DNA of 64,000 bases from Bacteroidales bacterium (GTDB taxonomy: Bacteria > Bacteroidota > Bacteroidia > Bacteroidales > VadinHA17), in NCBI GenBank assembly GCA_016715075.1, contig JADKBK010000024.1, positions 121 to 64,120 of the forward strand. Reading direction: 5' to 3'. Below, one piece after another: positions 62,171-64,000 of the stretch. The notes beneath the pieces were generated by a model that ran no database searches, had not been told where the DNA came from, and was given only the letters and a program-made list of their open reading frames with translations. Every line of letters starts with the position of its first letter. Within the stretch, counting starts at the first letter, position 1. The position numbers were made by a program, and so were the translations under genes.

Positions 62171-63424
62171 TTATCTGCATTCTTTTGGATAGCACAGAAA
62201 ATATTTGGTAATCCGTTCCGAAAGGAACCTGTGGTCGAACATATCTGAAACAGCTGAGATATCTTCAGTTTTTCCATTCTTCAACAAAATTTTAACTTCG
62301 GTGGCATCAGGAGTATAAGCCATATTTGAAATACTGTTGGTAAAAACATAGTAATCCTGAAATTCATTGCCTACCATCATTAAATGTGCTGCCCTGGCTT
62401 TGAGTTCATTAACTTTCTCCACCGGGAAAGGTGAATCCTGCAGCTCAATGGCAAACAGATCCCGCTGACATAATCTCCGGGAAAGATCAGAAAGGATATT
62501 ATCGGAATGATCTGCCCAGTATTTCGCAGAAACCAGGATATCGCTGTCATCAAGTCTTGTGAAATTCGCAGCAATCAGAGCCGGAGTAAAGTGAATATCA
62601 CTGTCGAGATCGGCCCTTCCAATCCTGTTGTAGAGAAAAAACCTTAGTGCAGGTGTAGTATAAAGGTCAATTCCCCTGTCGGCAAGCTCCTTCGCCCGTT
62701 TCAGGAGATTTACTATCAGACTCTCGCATGCAATTACTGTCTTATGCATATATACCTGCCAGTACATAAGACGGCGGGCAATTAGAAATTTCTCCAATGA
62801 GTATATTCCCTTTTCGTCAACAACAAGAGTATCATCTACCACATTAAGCATCCTTATTATTCTGTCTGATCCCACAGATCCTTCAATTACCCCGGTGAAA
62901 AAGCAATCGCGCCTCAGATAATCAAGCCTGTCCATATCCATCTGACCTGAAATCAGTTCATGCAAAAATCTTCTCTTATAACTCCCAAGGAAGATTTGTA
63001 TTGCCAGATCCAGTTTTCCGGCATACTCCTCATTAAGCTTTTTCATTAACAGGAGAGACAAATCCTCATGAGTAATCCCGCTGATTATTGAGTTTTCGAG
63101 GGAATGAGAAAAGGGACCATGGCCGATATCATGCAGCAAGATCGCAATGTATGTTGCCTCCTCCTCTTCCGGTGAAATTTCAGCCCCTTTACTCCTGAGG
63201 GTATCAATTGCCATATCCATCAGATGCAAAGCTCCGAGACCATGCTGAAAACGGGTATGATTTGCCCCCGGGTACACATAGTTCGTGAGACCAAGCTGCT
63301 TGATATTCCGAAGTCTCTGGAACCACGGATGTTCTATAAGATCAAAGACGAAATCACCCGGGATGCTTATAAATCCATACACGGGGTCATTAATAATTTT
63401 ACGCTTATTTTTCAGATACACCAA
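62171..63424 (-). CDS. HD-domain phosphohydrolase (dNTPase/SAMHD1-like)
   Basis: NHTRFQHGLG and LLHDIGHGPFSH motifs. RLDYLRRD. Conserved neighbour of lpxD in Bacteroidota. Confidence 0.85.
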   Translation of the reverse strand: MVYLKNKRKIINDPVYGFISIPGDFVFDLIEHPWFQRLRNIKQLGLTNYVYPGANHTRFQHGLGALHLMDMAIDTLRSKGAEISPEEEEATYIAILLHDIGHGPFSHSLENSIISGITHEDLSLLLMKKLNEEYAGKLDLAIQIFLGSYKRRFLHELISGQMDMDRLDYLRRDCFFTGVIEGSVGSDRIIRMLNVVDDTLVVDEKGIYSLEKFLIARRLMYWQVYMHKTVIACESLIVNLLKRAKELADRGIDLYTTPALRFFLYNRIGRADLDSDIHFTPALIAANFTRLDDSDILVSAKYWADHSDNILSDLSRRLCQRDLFAIELQDSPFPVEKVNELKARAAHLMMVGNEFQDYYVFTNSISNMAYTPDATEVKILLKNGKTEDISAVSDMFDHRFLSERITKYFLCYPKECR

Positions 63425-63687
63425 CTGGGAAATTTTAATCTACAAAAATAGAACATTATTCATCATATTGTCAATTTTGATTTTGATATCTGCAGAGCCA
63501 TTGCCGGGTTATCTACCAGGGTTTATGAGGAACTGCATAAATATGTGAATTTAACTCCTCATAAACGATGATAAAAAACGTTATATATCACTTAATTAAT
63601 TACCTTTGTTAAAGAACGGAAATTATCATACTTTCAGTATTTCCTTCCGTTTTTAATCCCTAGCATCCTTTCGGATCAGACTAGCAG

Positions 63688-64000
63688 ATGAAAAAGGTAA
63701 TCATTGGAGAGGGAAAAACAGATACAACTGTTTTAAAGGTCAGGAAGCAGCAGAACAGGGTTCCTCGCAGGTTTCCCATTGTTGGTATTGGAGCATCTGC
63801 AGGCGGACTGGAGGCATTGGAACAGTTTTTTTCGAATACGCCTCCAAACAATGGTATGGCATTTGTTGTCATTCAACATCTCGATCCGACATATGTCGGT
63901 ATCATGCCTGAGCTGCTGCAGCGTGCCACTGATATGAAAGTAATTCAGGTCAGCGACCACCTTCAGATAAGACCCGACCATGTATATGTAATTCCCCCGA
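63688..64000 (+). CDS. CheB-type methylesterase domain protein (N-terminus of a probable CheB/CheR-fusion signalling protein), 3' end cut by the window edge
   Basis: The ATG at 63688 opens a frame that runs to the window end: MKKVIIGEGKTDTTVLKVRKQQNRVPRRFPIVGIGASAGGLEALEQFFSNTPPNNGMAFVVIQHLDP.... It is absent from the ORF track because there is no stop in the window. Confidence 0.75.
   Translation, partial: MKKVIIGEGKTDTTVLKVRKQQNRVPRRFPIVGIGASAGGLEALEQFFSNTPPNNGMAFVVIQHLDPTYVGIMPELLQRATDMKVIQVSDHLQIRPDHVYVIPP

Noticed and set aside
63681-63981. Minus-strand ORFs 63681..63872 and 63733..63981 at the window end
   Set aside because: They are antisense to a much better plus-strand frame starting at 63688, which encodes a CheB-type methylesterase N-terminus (FPIVGIGASAGGLEALEQFF...AFVVIQHLDP). 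The track omits that frame because it has no stop within the window.

Overview
This 64-kb window looks like a chromosomal segment of a low-GC Bacteroidota genome. The evidence is T9SS C-terminal sorting domains, a fused lpxC/fabZ gene, TAnnTTTG-type promoter boxes, and the Bacteroidota-typical synteny sigma54 activator-lptE-TPR-secG-groES-groEL-lepA. Most of the window is housekeeping: leuS, purN, acpP-fabF-rnc, lepA, groES/groEL, secG, kdsB, queG, a full sufBCDSE operon, thiL, lpxD-lpxC/fabZ-lpxA and one tRNA-Arg(CCG). The accessory-looking parts are a serpin/LVIVD/beta-barrel lipoprotein cluster, three tandem double-FtsX (MacB-like) permease paralogs (the third is decayed), a DUF2089 module, a two-component system, a TonB-dependent receptor and two ECF-type sigma genes. 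I found no transposase, integrase, CRISPR array or recognisable defence system. Five things deserve a second look. (1) A ~383-bp almost pure poly-C tract (poly-G on the minus strand) overwrites most of an ECF sigma gene; it is most likely a sequencing or assembly artefact and would be extraordinary if real. (2) A 1-nt frameshift splits the essential leuS gene. (3) One FtsX paralog carries one homopolymer deletion plus two nonsense codons. (4) Several structured, repeat-like hairpin elements lie in the large non-coding regions at 9.7 kb and 19.0-20.4 kb, next to the tRNA. (5) An uncharacterised membrane protein is translationally coupled inside the suf operon. Both window edges cut genes: the 5' edge cuts a large surface protein, and the 3' edge cuts a CheB-type methylesterase N-terminus that the ORF track misses. 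All family assignments come from reading the translations by eye. No searches were run.
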